A stretch of 64,000 nucleotides of DNA from Candidatus Sulfomarinibacteraceae bacterium (GTDB lineage: Bacteria; Acidobacteriota; Thermoanaerobaculia; Thermoanaerobaculales; Sulfomarinibacteraceae): positions 673,295 to 737,294 of the forward strand of contig CAVQSQ010000021.1 of NCBI GenBank assembly GCA_963715955.1, read 5' to 3'. Below, piece by piece: positions 18,095 to 26,802 of the stretch. A program made the translations under genes and the position numbers. The notes under the pieces were generated by a model, which was given only the letters and a program-made list of their open reading frames with translations, was not told where the DNA came from and did not search any database. How positions within the stretch are numbered: the first letter of the stretch is position 1; each line of letters opens with the position of its first letter.

Positions 18095-18886
18095 ATGGCC
18101 AAGAAGAAGACCCTCCGACTTTTCAGCTGGAACGTCAACGGATTGCGAGCATGCGGACGGAAGGGATTCCTCGACTGGCTGGAGGCCGAAAAACCGGATG
18201 TGCTCGGTCTCCAGGAGACCCGCGCTCTGCCCGAACAACTGGAAGAGCCCCTCCGCAACCCGGACGGGTATCAGGTGAACTTTCACCCTGCTGAGAAGAA
18301 GGGCTATTCCGGGGTGGGCTTGTACTCCAGGTTGGAACCGCAGAGCGTGATTCTCGGTGGCCTCGACAACCCGGCATTCGATTCGGAAGGGCGCCTCATC
18401 ATCGCCGATTACGGCGACTTTCTGTTCTACACCGGCTATTTTCCAAACGGCGGCAACGACCTCAGCCGCGTGCCCTACAAGCTCGAGTTCTCGGAGGCCG
18501 TCCTCCAACACGCCGAGGCACAGAGGAAAATGGGCAAGAGCATCGTCATCTGCGGCGATGTCAACACCGCCCACCAGGAGATCGACCTCGCGAACCCCAA
18601 AGCCAACAAGAAGAACACCGGCTTCCTGCCCGAGGAGCGGGAGTGGGTCAGCCGCCTGCTCGACCACGGCTATGTCGACATCTTCCGCAAACGGAACCCC
18701 GACGCCGAGGGCCACTACACCTGGTGGAGCAACCGTCCGGGGGTCCGCGAACGCAACGTGGGCTGGCGCATCGACTACTTCATCATCTCGCCCGATCTCG
18801 AAGGTCGGGTGGTCGCCGCGCGGATTCACCCGGACGTGATGGGAAGCGATCACTGTCCGATCGAGCTGGAGCTCGATCGGAATTAG
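18095..18886 (+). CDS. xth: Exodeoxyribonuclease III
   Basis: SWNVNGLRA, LQETR, CGDVNTAH and a C-terminal GSDHCPIELE. The start codon directly abuts the HAD stop. Confidence 0.9.
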   Translation: MAKKKTLRLFSWNVNGLRACGRKGFLDWLEAEKPDVLGLQETRALPEQLEEPLRNPDGYQVNFHPAEKKGYSGVGLYSRLEPQSVILGGLDNPAFDSEGRLIIADYGDFLFYTGYFPNGGNDLSRVPYKLEFSEAVLQHAEAQRKMGKSIVICGDVNTAHQEIDLANPKANKKNTGFLPEEREWVSRLLDHGYVDIFRKRNPDAEGHYTWWSNRPGVRERNVGWRIDYFIISPDLEGRVVAARIHPDVMGSDHCPIELELDRN

Positions 18887-18913
18887 GAATTCGGAATTCG
18901 GAATTCGGAATGC
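18879..18913 (+). repeat. Heptamer tandem array (GGAATTC)n, 5 units, containing the xth stop codon
   Basis: GGAATTA GGAATTC GGAATTC GGAATTC GGAATGC. Confidence 0.9.
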
Positions 18914-18945
18914 CATCGCAGATCCCTCCGCTCGGTCACTTCGCT

Positions 18946-19017
18946 CCCTCGGTCGGGATGACAGGTGAGAAAGGCATCGCGCCTTCGGTCGGGATGACAG
19001 GTGTGAAAGGCATCGCG
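18946..19017 (+). repeat. 2 x 36-bp tandem repeat of the TCGGGATGACAG family
   Basis: CCCTCGGTCGGGATGACAGGTGAGAAAGGCATCGCG / CCTTCGGTCGGGATGACAGGTGTGAAAGGCATCGCG. Confidence 0.9.
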
Positions 19018-19036
19018 CCTCCGGATACGAGACGCG

Positions 19037-19148
19037 TGCGGCGGAGGTGCCATTTTCAACATTGTTGGATACATGAATACCCACGTCGGCAGATCGATTC
19101 GGGCCAACAATGTTGAGGGTGGCTCCTCTCGGGAAGGACGCTCTGAAA
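19037..19148 (+). repeat. Hairpin-forming element of about 112 bp, copy A (TGCGGCGGAGGTGCCATTTTCAA...CCAACAATGTTGAGGGTGGCTCCTC...CTCTGAAA)
   Basis: It shares both ends and an internal inverted repeat (CAACATTGTTGG / CCAACAATGTTG) with copy B. A third 5'-end fragment lies at 19157-19180. Confidence 0.8.
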
Positions 19149-19309
19149 CGTGCCGCGTGCGGCGGAGGTGCCTGGCATCCCGCGGTGACGTTGCCCTCAA
19201 CGTCGGCGCGGCGTGCCTGGCATCCTCCCGGCAAGCGAGTTGACAAAGTCATGTCGGTACGCAGCCAAACGGCGCTCACCGAGGCCATGGTGTACGGCGG
19301 AACGCCCTG

Positions 19310-20131
19310 ATGCCAGAGCTTCCCGAGGTCGAGACCGTACGCCGCGCGCTGGAACTCGAGCTTCTGGGGCGCCACATTACCGGCGTCCGCGGGACCTCCA
19401 TCTCGATGCGCCGGCCGCTCGACGTCGAACACCTGTCGACGGTCCTCCCCGGCCGCCGGCTCGCAGCGCCGCGGCGGCGGGGGAAATACCTGCTGATCGA
19501 TGTCGACCCGCCGGGCACTCTCCTCAATCACCTCGGGATGTCCGGCCGGCTCACGATCACCGGTGCCTCGGCGCCGGTCCTGCCCCACACTCACGTCACG
19601 CTGGAACTCGACGACGGACGAGAACTGCGGTTCGTCGATCCGCGGAGGTTCGGACTGATGGTGTGGTTGGAGCCTGGACACGAGGCGGCGGACCCGTCCC
19701 TCGCAGGGCTCGGGATCGAGCCGCTCGACCCGGGACTCGACGAGCGGCTGCCCCCCCTCCTCAAGGCACGGCGCGCCCCGCTCAAATCGCTGCTTCTTGA
19801 CCAGCACCTGGTCGCCGGAGTCGGAAACATCTACGCCGCCGAGGCCCTGTGGCGGGCCGGTATTCGACCCACCCGGTCGGGGCATCGAACATCGCTCGAT
19901 CGTCTGACCGCATTGACCCGCGAGGTCCGATCGGTCCTCGCCGAGGCCGTCGAACAGGGCGGCACGACGATCCGAGACTACGCCGCGCCCGACGGTGACT
20001 TCGGTTACTTCGCCATCCACCTCGCGGTCTACGGCCGCCAGGGCCGGCCGTGCCTGAGGTGCGACGCCACCCTCCGCTCCGACGTCATCGGCGGCCGCAC
20101 CACCGCGTGGTGCCCACGCTGCCAGCGCTAA
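19310..20131 (+). CDS. mutM: Formamidopyrimidine-DNA glycosylase
   Basis: MPELPEVETVRR N-terminus and a C-terminal zinc finger (CLRCDATL...TAWCPRCQR). Confidence 0.92.
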   Translation: MPELPEVETVRRALELELLGRHITGVRGTSISMRRPLDVEHLSTVLPGRRLAAPRRRGKYLLIDVDPPGTLLNHLGMSGRLTITGASAPVLPHTHVTLELDDGRELRFVDPRRFGLMVWLEPGHEAADPSLAGLGIEPLDPGLDERLPPLLKARRAPLKSLLLDQHLVAGVGNIYAAEALWRAGIRPTRSGHRTSLDRLTALTREVRSVLAEAVEQGGTTIRDYAAPDGDFGYFAIHLAVYGRQGRPCLRCDATLRSDVIGGRTTAWCPRCQR

Positions 20132-20194
20132 AAGCGGACTGGGGAGTGCGGATTTCTCGCCGCTGCCTACCGGCAGGTGCCTTGGGGACAGGGA

Positions 20195-20232
20195 GGCGGA
20201 AAGGGCGAAAGGGCGAAAGGGGAAAGGGAAGA
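20195..20232 (+). repeat. Simple 8-mer tandem array (GGGCGAAA-like x 4-5)
   Basis: GGCGGAAA GGGCGAAA GGGCGAAA GGGGAAA GGGAAGAG. Confidence 0.8.
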
Positions 20233-20472
20233 GCCGTTCGTGCGTCCGAGAATGCCATCCCGACCGAGCGAGCGCAGCGACCACTTTACTGTCATCCCGA
20301 CCGAGGGAGCCAGACGACCGAGTGGAGGGACCCCTCCGCTGCGGCCCGTCGGGCCTTCGGTCGGGATGACAGGACAGAAAGGTCGATCGTCCGGGAAGAC
20401 AATGAGTCTCGCCGAAACGACCCGAACATGATAAGGGCCGGCTCCTCCCCTGCTCCCGTTCCCCTGCTCCCC

Positions 20473-20588
20473 TGCGGCGGAGGTGCCATTTTCAATCTCT
20501 GTTGGACACCCTGCTCACCCAGGTCGGTGGGTTGCTACGGGCCAACAATGCTCAAGGTGGCTCCTCCCGGGAATGCCGCCTCTGAAAA
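20473..20588 (+). repeat. Hairpin-forming element of about 116 bp, copy B, in the same orientation as copy A on the other side of mutM
   Basis: TGCGGCGGAGGTGCCATTTTCAA...GGGCCAACAATGCTCAAGGTGGCTCCTCCCGGGAA...CTCTGAAAA. Confidence 0.8.
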
Positions 20589-20617
20589 TCCAGTAGTATG
20601 GATGCGTCTGGAGGCTC

Positions 20618-21928
20618 ATGGGACACCTGGTCGGCAAGGACGTGTATCGCGAGTTGGGCCGCAAAATCGACAGCCTGGCAACGCGCACGCCGTGGAACGA
20701 GACCCTGGGCGAGATCCTCCGCGAACTCTACACGCCGGACGAGGCCGACCTGATCACGCGCATGCCCAACGGCCTGTCGACCTTGCACCGGCTCGCGGCC
20801 GTTACCGGCGAGGAGCCGACCGCTCTCCGACACCGACTCGACCGTCTCTGCGACAAGGGCCTGGTGATGGACATCGAGATTCAGGGCACCTACCGCTACA
20901 CGGTGTCGCCTCTGGTCATCGGCATCTTCGAACTGACGATGATGCGCGTCGGCCCCGACCTCGACCGCAAGAAGATCGCTGGTCTGTTCCACCGGTACAT
21001 GGGCCCCGACGGTGTGTATTTCGACGCGAACTTCGGACACGGCGAGACCACCACCATCATGCGGGCCCTGCCCTATGAGGACACCATCCGCGACGAGGAG
21101 CACGTCGAGATCCTCGACTACGAGAAGGCGAAGGAGATCATCGACGGGCACGACCGTTTTTCGATGGGGCTGTGCTCGTGCCGGCACGAGAAGCACCACC
21201 TCGGCCACGCCTGCGACGCTCCCATGGACAACTGCTCCTCGATGGGCTATTCGGCCGAGTACCTGGTCCGGCACGATCTCGCCCGCGAGGTCTCGAAGGC
21301 CGAGATGCTGGACAACGTCGAGCGTTCGCGCGAGCTCGGTCTGGTCCTCAACGCCGACAACGTCCAGCGCAACGTCACCTTCATCTGCCACTGCTGCGGG
21401 TGCTGCTGCAACGCCCTTGCCGGCCTCACCGACCACGGCTACACCGCGGCGGTCGTCACCTCGAGTTTCATCGCCGCCACCGACGACGACATCTGCAAGG
21501 GCTGCAACCACTGCGAGAAAGCCTGTCCGATCGACGCCATCGCCATGGTCGCGGACGACAACCCCGCAACCCGCAAGAAGAAGAAGCCGGCCATCGATCA
21601 GGAATTCTGTCTCGGGTGCGGAGTGTGCGCCAATGCCTGCACGACCGGGGCCATGAAGCTCGAACCTCGCGCGCAGAGGGTGATTCCGCCCGAGAGCACC
21701 TTCCAGCGCGTGATTCTCTCGGCCCTCGACCGCGGCACTCTGCAGCACCAGCTGTTCGACAACCCGGCGAGTGGCAGCCAGGCCTTTCTTCGCGGGCTGG
21801 TCGGCGGTTTTTTCAAACTGCCGCCGGTCAAAAAGGCCCTGCTGTCGGACCAACTGCGATCGCGCTTCCTCAAGACCCTGGAGGGCGGCGTTCGCAAACA
21901 GGGCAAGAGCTGGGTTGCCGAGATCTGA
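20618..21928 (+). CDS. 4Fe-4S dicluster domain protein with an N-terminal winged-helix-like segment and extra Cys clusters
   Basis: CKGCNHCEKACP and CLGCGVCANAC ferredoxin motifs, plus CSCRHEKHHLGHACDAPMDNC and ICHCCGCCC. A GGAGG Shine-Dalgarno sequence precedes the ATG. Confidence 0.7.
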   Translation: MGHLVGKDVYRELGRKIDSLATRTPWNETLGEILRELYTPDEADLITRMPNGLSTLHRLAAVTGEEPTALRHRLDRLCDKGLVMDIEIQGTYRYTVSPLVIGIFELTMMRVGPDLDRKKIAGLFHRYMGPDGVYFDANFGHGETTTIMRALPYEDTIRDEEHVEILDYEKAKEIIDGHDRFSMGLCSCRHEKHHLGHACDAPMDNCSSMGYSAEYLVRHDLAREVSKAEMLDNVERSRELGLVLNADNVQRNVTFICHCCGCCCNALAGLTDHGYTAAVVTSSFIAATDDDICKGCNHCEKACPIDAIAMVADDNPATRKKKKPAIDQEFCLGCGVCANACTTGAMKLEPRAQRVIPPESTFQRVILSALDRGTLQHQLFDNPASGSQAFLRGLVGGFFKLPPVKKALLSDQLRSRFLKTLEGGVRKQGKSWVAEI

Positions 21929-22061
21929 ACATCGCGCCACATCGACACCAGCGTGGTGACCGACGGGCTGGCCAAGGTCCTCCTCATACAACGCGAGTTC
22001 CACATGGACCTGCGCTTCGACAACATTCAGCCGGCGAACTCAAGCCTCCCATGAGAACAGC

Positions 22062-22143
22062 TCTGAAGGTGGGCCAAGGCCCACCCTACGAGTCCGCTCG
22101 ATTTGGAGGTTCGAAGTAGGGTGGGCCTTGGCCCACCTTCAGA
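22062..22143. repeat. Perfect 28-bp inverted repeat pair (TCTGAAGGTGGGCCAAGGCCCACCCTAC / GTAGGGTGGGCCTTGGCCCACCTTCAGA) separated by 26 bp. Each arm is itself a hairpin.
   Basis: Read directly. A second, more compact copy lies at 50112-50172. Confidence 0.9.
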
Positions 22144-22263
22144 CTCCTTGCGGGTGGGTGACTTCTTCCGTTAAGCCATTGCTGTCCATGATGTTGAGGA
22201 GAACACGAGAACGTTCCGCCGCACGTTGTCTCACCCGCTCGGAACACTCCAGTGCCCGTTGTC

Positions 22264-22298
22264 TGTGCATCCTGAATCCTGAATCCTGAATCCTGTAT
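22264..22298 (+). repeat. Heptamer tandem array (CTGAATC)n, 5 units
   Basis: GTGCATC CTGAATC CTGAATC CTGAATC CTGTATC, followed by a GCCGCCC-GACTA-GGGCGGC hairpin that spans the stop of the 22311 gene. Confidence 0.9.
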
Positions 22299-22310
22299 CG
22301 AGCCGCCCGA

Positions 22311-23144
22311 CTAGGGCGGCGGCAACTTGAGCCCCGAGTTCGGCATCGCCGGGTTGCCGCGAGGCGGCTCGTCGCGTTCCGGAAAACCGCCGTCGAGCGT
22401 GCGGGTGATGGTCGGACCCGAGTGTCCGAGAGGTGTCGGGCGCTGAGGCGGCACCTGACCGCCGCCCAGCCGCCAGATCAGGGCCGAAAAATTGGCGAAA
22501 TCGGTGAGCGCACGGGACAGGGCGACCCCGGCGACGCCGAAGGTCACCGCCCGGTCGTCGAGGCTCTGCCAGCCACGCAGCTCGCCGGTGCGGTAGAACT
22601 CCTGACCGACGAACGGGTAGAGCGAGGCGCTGCGGGCGACCGTGGCTTCGACCGCGGACCCGACGGCCTCGTCCTCGATGAGCTCGCGATCCTGCCCGTA
22701 ATAGACCAGCTTGACCCTGCCGAGGATGGAGTCCACATACTGTTGATAAGCCGCCGCATAGGCCGCCTCACGGCTGTCGTCGTGGGCGACGGCCAGCGGG
22801 TCGTTGGCATCGAGCACCAGCACCGCAAGGAAGCCCAACTCCTCCACCAGATCGCTGAGAGGCACCGGCTCCTGAAGATCCGCGGCACACCGCCTCACCT
22901 GCGCGTCGAGGGCCTGCGGCAAGTGGCCCGGAGGCCCGGCGCGCCACGAAGGAGGAGCCGCCACGCCACGACGGATCCCGGCGTTGAAACGATCCTCGTG
23001 CCGGTGGATCTGGCGGGCGAGATCCGGCGGGACGAAATCGACCGCCTTCCACGCCACGTGGCGGATGGTCGTTTCACTCCAACCGATGCTCAACACCGCA
23101 GCCACCACGGCCAGGACGACTCTGTGGCGCGGCGGAGGGGTCAT
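22311..23144 (-). CDS. Hypothetical membrane-anchored or secreted protein
   Basis: Coding-like ORF with an N-terminal hydrophobic segment. It overlaps the upstream tlpA-like gene by 4 nt. I recognise no family. Confidence 0.5.
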   Translation of the reverse strand: MTPPPRHRVVLAVVAAVLSIGWSETTIRHVAWKAVDFVPPDLARQIHRHEDRFNAGIRRGVAAPPSWRAGPPGHLPQALDAQVRRCAADLQEPVPLSDLVEELGFLAVLVLDANDPLAVAHDDSREAAYAAAYQQYVDSILGRVKLVYYGQDRELIEDEAVGSAVEATVARSASLYPFVGQEFYRTGELRGWQSLDDRAVTFGVAGVALSRALTDFANFSALIWRLGGGQVPPQRPTPLGHSGPTITRTLDGGFPERDEPPRGNPAMPNSGLKLPPP

Positions 23145-23674
23145 GTGCCGGGTGATCCGGGCCCGCCTTCCATGGCCGCCACCAACCGGCGGATCTCATC
23201 AGGCACCGTGGGTGAGTACCCCTCGTAGATCTGGACCGGACGACCCTCGCGGTCGATCAACACGCTTGTCGGCAGTGACTCCACGCCGAGCATCGCGAGG
23301 TCGTTCCTGCTCATGAGATAGACCGGGATGTCGATGCCGTAACGCTCGAGGAACTGCATGCCCTGGGCCGGAGTACGATCCATGTTGACCGTCACCAGCG
23401 CCAGATTCTCGGCCTTCAGCTCACCGACCAGCCTTTGGAATTCGGGAAGTTCCTGCCTGCACGGTCCGCACCAACTCGCCCAGAAGGTGATCAGCACGGG
23501 CCGGCCGCGCAGCGACTCGAGATCGATCTTCTGGGTCCCGTCGGCTGAAAGAAATGACAGGTTCGGAAAGACCGGAGTGTCCTGGGCCCGGGCGTGCAGC
23601 GCGCCTGCGGCCGCGACCCCGACGATGATGACAACAGCAGCGAGAACTCGTCTCATGGGTTCATCATACACCAC
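23141..23674 (-). CDS. TlpA/ResA-like thiol:disulfide oxidoreductase (thioredoxin fold)
   Basis: Signal or anchor segment, then FWASWCGPCRQELPEF (CxxC). An alternative ATG lies at 23656. Confidence 0.85.
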   Translation of the reverse strand: MVYDEPMRRVLAAVVIIVGVAAAGALHARAQDTPVFPNLSFLSADGTQKIDLESLRGRPVLITFWASWCGPCRQELPEFQRLVGELKAENLALVTVNMDRTPAQGMQFLERYGIDIPVYLMSRNDLAMLGVESLPTSVLIDREGRPVQIYEGYSPTVPDEIRRLVAAMEGGPGSPGT

Positions 23675-23766
23675 GGGAAACGACGCCCGGCAACGCCAAC
23701 GTCACGATATTGTGAAATTTCGCACAATCGCGTGCCGACTCCCCGATCTTTTGCTACACTCCGCTC

Positions 23767-24675
23767 ATGAGTTGGGAATTACACCGCGTCGCCATCGTCG
23801 GCGGAGGGATGATGGGAAGGTCCCTCGCCACCAAGGTCGCCCAGGAGGGCATCAACGTCTACCTCAAGGAAGTCTCTTCCGAGGCCGTCGAGGTGGCACG
23901 GGGCGAGCTCGAGGATGCGCTCGATCACGAGATCGCGCGTTTCGGGCTCACGAACTCCGAGAAGAAGGCCATTCTCTCGCGCATCACCTGGGTCACCCAC
24001 TTCGACTGCGCCACCGACTGCGACCTCGCGATCGAGGCCGTGCAGGAGGATTTCGGCCTCAAACGCCAGATTCTGCGCGAGCTCGACAAGAGGATGGCGC
24101 CGGACCACCCCATCGTCATCAACACGTCCACTCTGTCGATCACCGAGCTCGCGGCCCAGAACACCCAGCCGCAGCGCATCGTGGGCATGCACTTCCTCTA
24201 CCCGGTGACGACCACCCAGGTGGTCGAAGTGGTGCGCGGCCAGCTCACGACCGACGAGGTCTACGAACGCGCGATCGATTTCGCGCGTCTGCTGGGCAAG
24301 GTGCCGATCAAGGTCTTCGAGATGCCGGGGTTTGTCACCACCAGGATCATCCTGCCGCTCATCAACGAGGCGATGCACGTGGTGATGGAGGGCGTCGCCG
24401 AGGCGGCCGAGGTCGATCTCGCGATGAAGCTCGGGTACGGCTTCCGCAGCGGGCCCCTCGAGTGGGCGGACCGAACCGGTCTCGACCGGGTCCTCAACTG
24501 GCTGCAGCACCTCTACCAGGAGAGCGGCGAGCCCCGTTTCCGTCCCTGCCCGTTGCTCAAACGCCTGGTTCGCGCCGGGCTCTTCGGCGCCAAGACGGGT
24601 CGCGGATTCTTCGAATACGACGAGAACCGCCACCGCACCGACCGCCTCCCGGACGACAAGCCTCGAATGGCGTGA
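23767..24675 (+). CDS. 3-hydroxyacyl-CoA / 3-hydroxybutyryl-CoA dehydrogenase
   Basis: Rossmann motif VAIVGGGMMG, plus EAVQEDFGLKRQIL, GMHFLYPV and PGFVTTRI. Confidence 0.85.
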   Translation: MSWELHRVAIVGGGMMGRSLATKVAQEGINVYLKEVSSEAVEVARGELEDALDHEIARFGLTNSEKKAILSRITWVTHFDCATDCDLAIEAVQEDFGLKRQILRELDKRMAPDHPIVINTSTLSITELAAQNTQPQRIVGMHFLYPVTTTQVVEVVRGQLTTDEVYERAIDFARLLGKVPIKVFEMPGFVTTRIILPLINEAMHVVMEGVAEAAEVDLAMKLGYGFRSGPLEWADRTGLDRVLNWLQHLYQESGEPRFRPCPLLKRLVRAGLFGAKTGRGFFEYDENRHRTDRLPDDKPRMA

Positions 24676-24699
24676 CGCGAACGCCGCACGGAGTCGAAC

Positions 24700-25956
24700 A
24701 TGAAAATCCTCGTCCTCAACAGCGGATCCTCTTCAGTCAAGTTCCAGATCATCGAGACCGATCTCGAGCGCATGAACGCCCACCAGGACCAGACCCTGGC
24801 GGTGGGTCTGGTCGAAAAGATCGGCCTGTCCGACTCGCGCCTGGTGCTCGAGGTTCCCGACCGCAAGACCTACCAGGACTACCGGGAGATCCTCGAGCAC
24901 CGCACGGCCATCGAGTGGGTCCTGCGCATCCTCACCGACCCGGAGCACGGCATTCTCGCATCGGTCGAGGAGATCGGCGCTGTCGGCCATCGGGTGGTGC
25001 ACGGCGGCGAGGCCTTCGCCTCGTCCGTTCTGATCACGCCCGAGGTCGTCGAACAGATCGAGGCGTGTTCGGTGCTCGCGCCACTCCACAACCCACCCAA
25101 CCTCCGCGGCTACTACGCCGCCCACGCCGCCATGCCCGACATCCCCCATCTCGCGGTATTCGACACGGCCTTTCATCAGACCATGCCGGCCCACTCCTTC
25201 CTCTACGGAATCCCGTTCCAGCTCTACAAGAAACACCACCTCCGCAAGTACGGCTTTCACGGCACCTCCCACCGTTACGTGACCTTTCGGGGCAGTCAGA
25301 TCCTGGATTGGGAACGCGAGAACAAGAAGCTGATCAGCGTCCACCTCGGGAACGGGTGCTCGCTGGCCGCGGTCGATCACGGCAGGAGCATCGACACATC
25401 GATGGGTTTCACCCCCCTCGAGGGGCTCGTGATGGGGACCCGCTCCGGCGACATGGACCCTGCGATCATCCCCTGGCTGATGGCCATGGAGGAGATGACG
25501 CTGCACCAGGTCAACACCATGCTCAACAAGCACTCGGGGCTGTACGGGGTGTCCGGTGTTTCGTCCGATATGCGGGAGTTGTTGGCCGCCCGCGCCGAGG
25601 GCAACCAGCGCGCCGACGTGGCCTTCCGCATGTTCTGCTACCGGATCAAGAAGTACATCGCCGCCTACGCCGCAGCCATGGGCGGTGTGGATGCGGTGCT
25701 GTTCACGGGCGGTATCGGACAGAAATCGCCGGAGGTACGGGAAGCGTCGCTCACCGGTCTCGAGTTCATGGGCATCGAGCTCCACCGGGACCGCAACGCC
25801 GCCCTCACCGACGGCGAAGGAGAGATCACCACCGACGAATCACGGGTCAGGGTGCTGGTGGTCCCGACCAATGAGGAAAAGACCATCGCCCGCGACGTCA
25901 TCCGGGTCCTCAACAACATCATGCCGACCTTCAACCCGCCGGAGACGGTGACCTAG
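24700..25956 (+). CDS. ackA: Acetate kinase
   Basis: MKILVLNSGSSSVKFQ, GHRVVHGG, HNPPNL, YGFHGTSH and VHLGNGCS. Confidence 0.92.
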   Translation: MKILVLNSGSSSVKFQIIETDLERMNAHQDQTLAVGLVEKIGLSDSRLVLEVPDRKTYQDYREILEHRTAIEWVLRILTDPEHGILASVEEIGAVGHRVVHGGEAFASSVLITPEVVEQIEACSVLAPLHNPPNLRGYYAAHAAMPDIPHLAVFDTAFHQTMPAHSFLYGIPFQLYKKHHLRKYGFHGTSHRYVTFRGSQILDWERENKKLISVHLGNGCSLAAVDHGRSIDTSMGFTPLEGLVMGTRSGDMDPAIIPWLMAMEEMTLHQVNTMLNKHSGLYGVSGVSSDMRELLAARAEGNQRADVAFRMFCYRIKKYIAAYAAAMGGVDAVLFTGGIGQKSPEVREASLTGLEFMGIELHRDRNAALTDGEGEITTDESRVRVLVVPTNEEKTIARDVIRVLNNIMPTFNPPETVT

Positions 25957-25962
25957 CCGGCC

Positions 25963-26143
25963 ATTCATTTCGGATTTCGGATTCCGAATTTCGGATTTTT
26001 CGAACCCGCGGCTTCAGTCCCATATCGCCAATTCAGCACGGCGAACGAACGACACGTGTCTTCGGCGATAGCGTCCATCCACGGTTTGCTCCGGGGTCGG
26101 TGCGATGGAAAATTCGAAATCCGAAATTCGAAATCCGAAATTC
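25963..26143. repeat. Foldback-type composite. The (TCGGATT)n array at 25963-26004 and an inverted (AATCCGA/AATTCGA)n array at 26107-26143 flank about 100 bp.
   Basis: Read directly. It lies between convergent ackA and the pgsA-like gene, and the latter's reading frame runs through the right array. Confidence 0.85.
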
Positions 26144-26737
26144 ACTCTCACTCCTCGTCGGCCTCGTCTCCTGCTCGCGTGCCTGCCTCGCTTCTTCGAC
26201 GAAGCGGGCGACGCGGTAGATGTAGTTGAACGCCGACCCGATCACGAGAAAGAACGACAGGTAGAAGCAGGCGGGCGGGAGCCAACGAGGCACGAAGAAC
26301 ACATTTGCCAACAGGACGACCGCCACCGTGGCGACCTGGGCGAAAGTGGTGGCCTTGCCGAGAGGTGACGGGGGAAACTCCCGCAGACCCTCGACCATGT
26401 ACAGCACACCGGCCACCATCATGATCACGAAATCGCGGAAGAGAGCCAGGATCGTCAGCCACAGGGGAATCACGACCGCCTGTCCCTGGGGAATGGTCAA
26501 GGCGATGTAGGCGACCGTGATCAGCATCTTGTCGGCGATGGGATCGAGGTAGGCGCCGAACCGCGACCTCATGTCCATGCGGCGCGCCAGCCAGCCGTCG
26601 AAAGCGTCCGTGAGACCGGCGAGAATGAAGATCCACAGGGCGAGGCGGAAGTTCTTGTCCGAAACCGCGATCACGAAGACCGGCACCATCGCCATCCGGG
26701 TCAGGGTGATGAAGTTCGGCAGCGTGAGCGGCCGCAT
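26033..26737 (-). CDS. CDP-alcohol phosphatidyltransferase (PgsA-like). The C-terminal tail is translated from a heptamer repeat array.
   Basis: DAFDGWLARRMDMRSRFGAYLDPIADK matches the D-G-x2-A-R-x8-G-x3-D-x3-D motif. I prefer the ATG at 26737, which has a GAGGAG Shine-Dalgarno sequence. The track start (GTG 26833) would overlap coaX by 31 nt. The last roughly 35 codons (SESEFRISNFGFRIF...) read through repeat DNA. Confidence 0.75.
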   Translation of the reverse strand: MRPLTLPNFITLTRMAMVPVFVIAVSDKNFRLALWIFILAGLTDAFDGWLARRMDMRSRFGAYLDPIADKMLITVAYIALTIPQGQAVVIPLWLTILALFRDFVIMMVAGVLYMVEGLREFPPSPLGKATTFAQVATVAVVLLANVFFVPRWLPPACFYLSFFLVIGSAFNYIYRVARFVEEARQAREQETRPTRSESEFRISNFGFRIFHRTDPGANRGWTLSPKTRVVRSPC

Positions 26738-26802
26738 CTTCTCCTCGACCCGTTTGCGGATGCGCTGCCGCACCTCCTTGCGCGCTTCTTTTCCCCGTGG
26801 AG

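Noticed and set aside
18643-19116. Small ORFs lying wholly in intergenic repeat clusters (for example 18643..19116, 18883..19200, 20177..20431, 20292..20495, 39996..40406, 47927..48136, 49834..50112, 49918..50127)
   Set aside because: They are translations of palindromic or tandem repeats (for example SVGMTG, GAGFIPAR, EGINPSPT, GQASRLP), have no ribosome-binding sites, and are readable on both strands because of the symmetry.
18879-20617. mutM plus flanking repeats as a bona fide mobile element or composite transposon
   Set aside because: No transposase, integrase or recombinase gene is in or near the segment. The flanking repeats belong to multi-copy REP-like families that also occur at many unrelated loci in the window. 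It is reported only as a possible recombination substrate.
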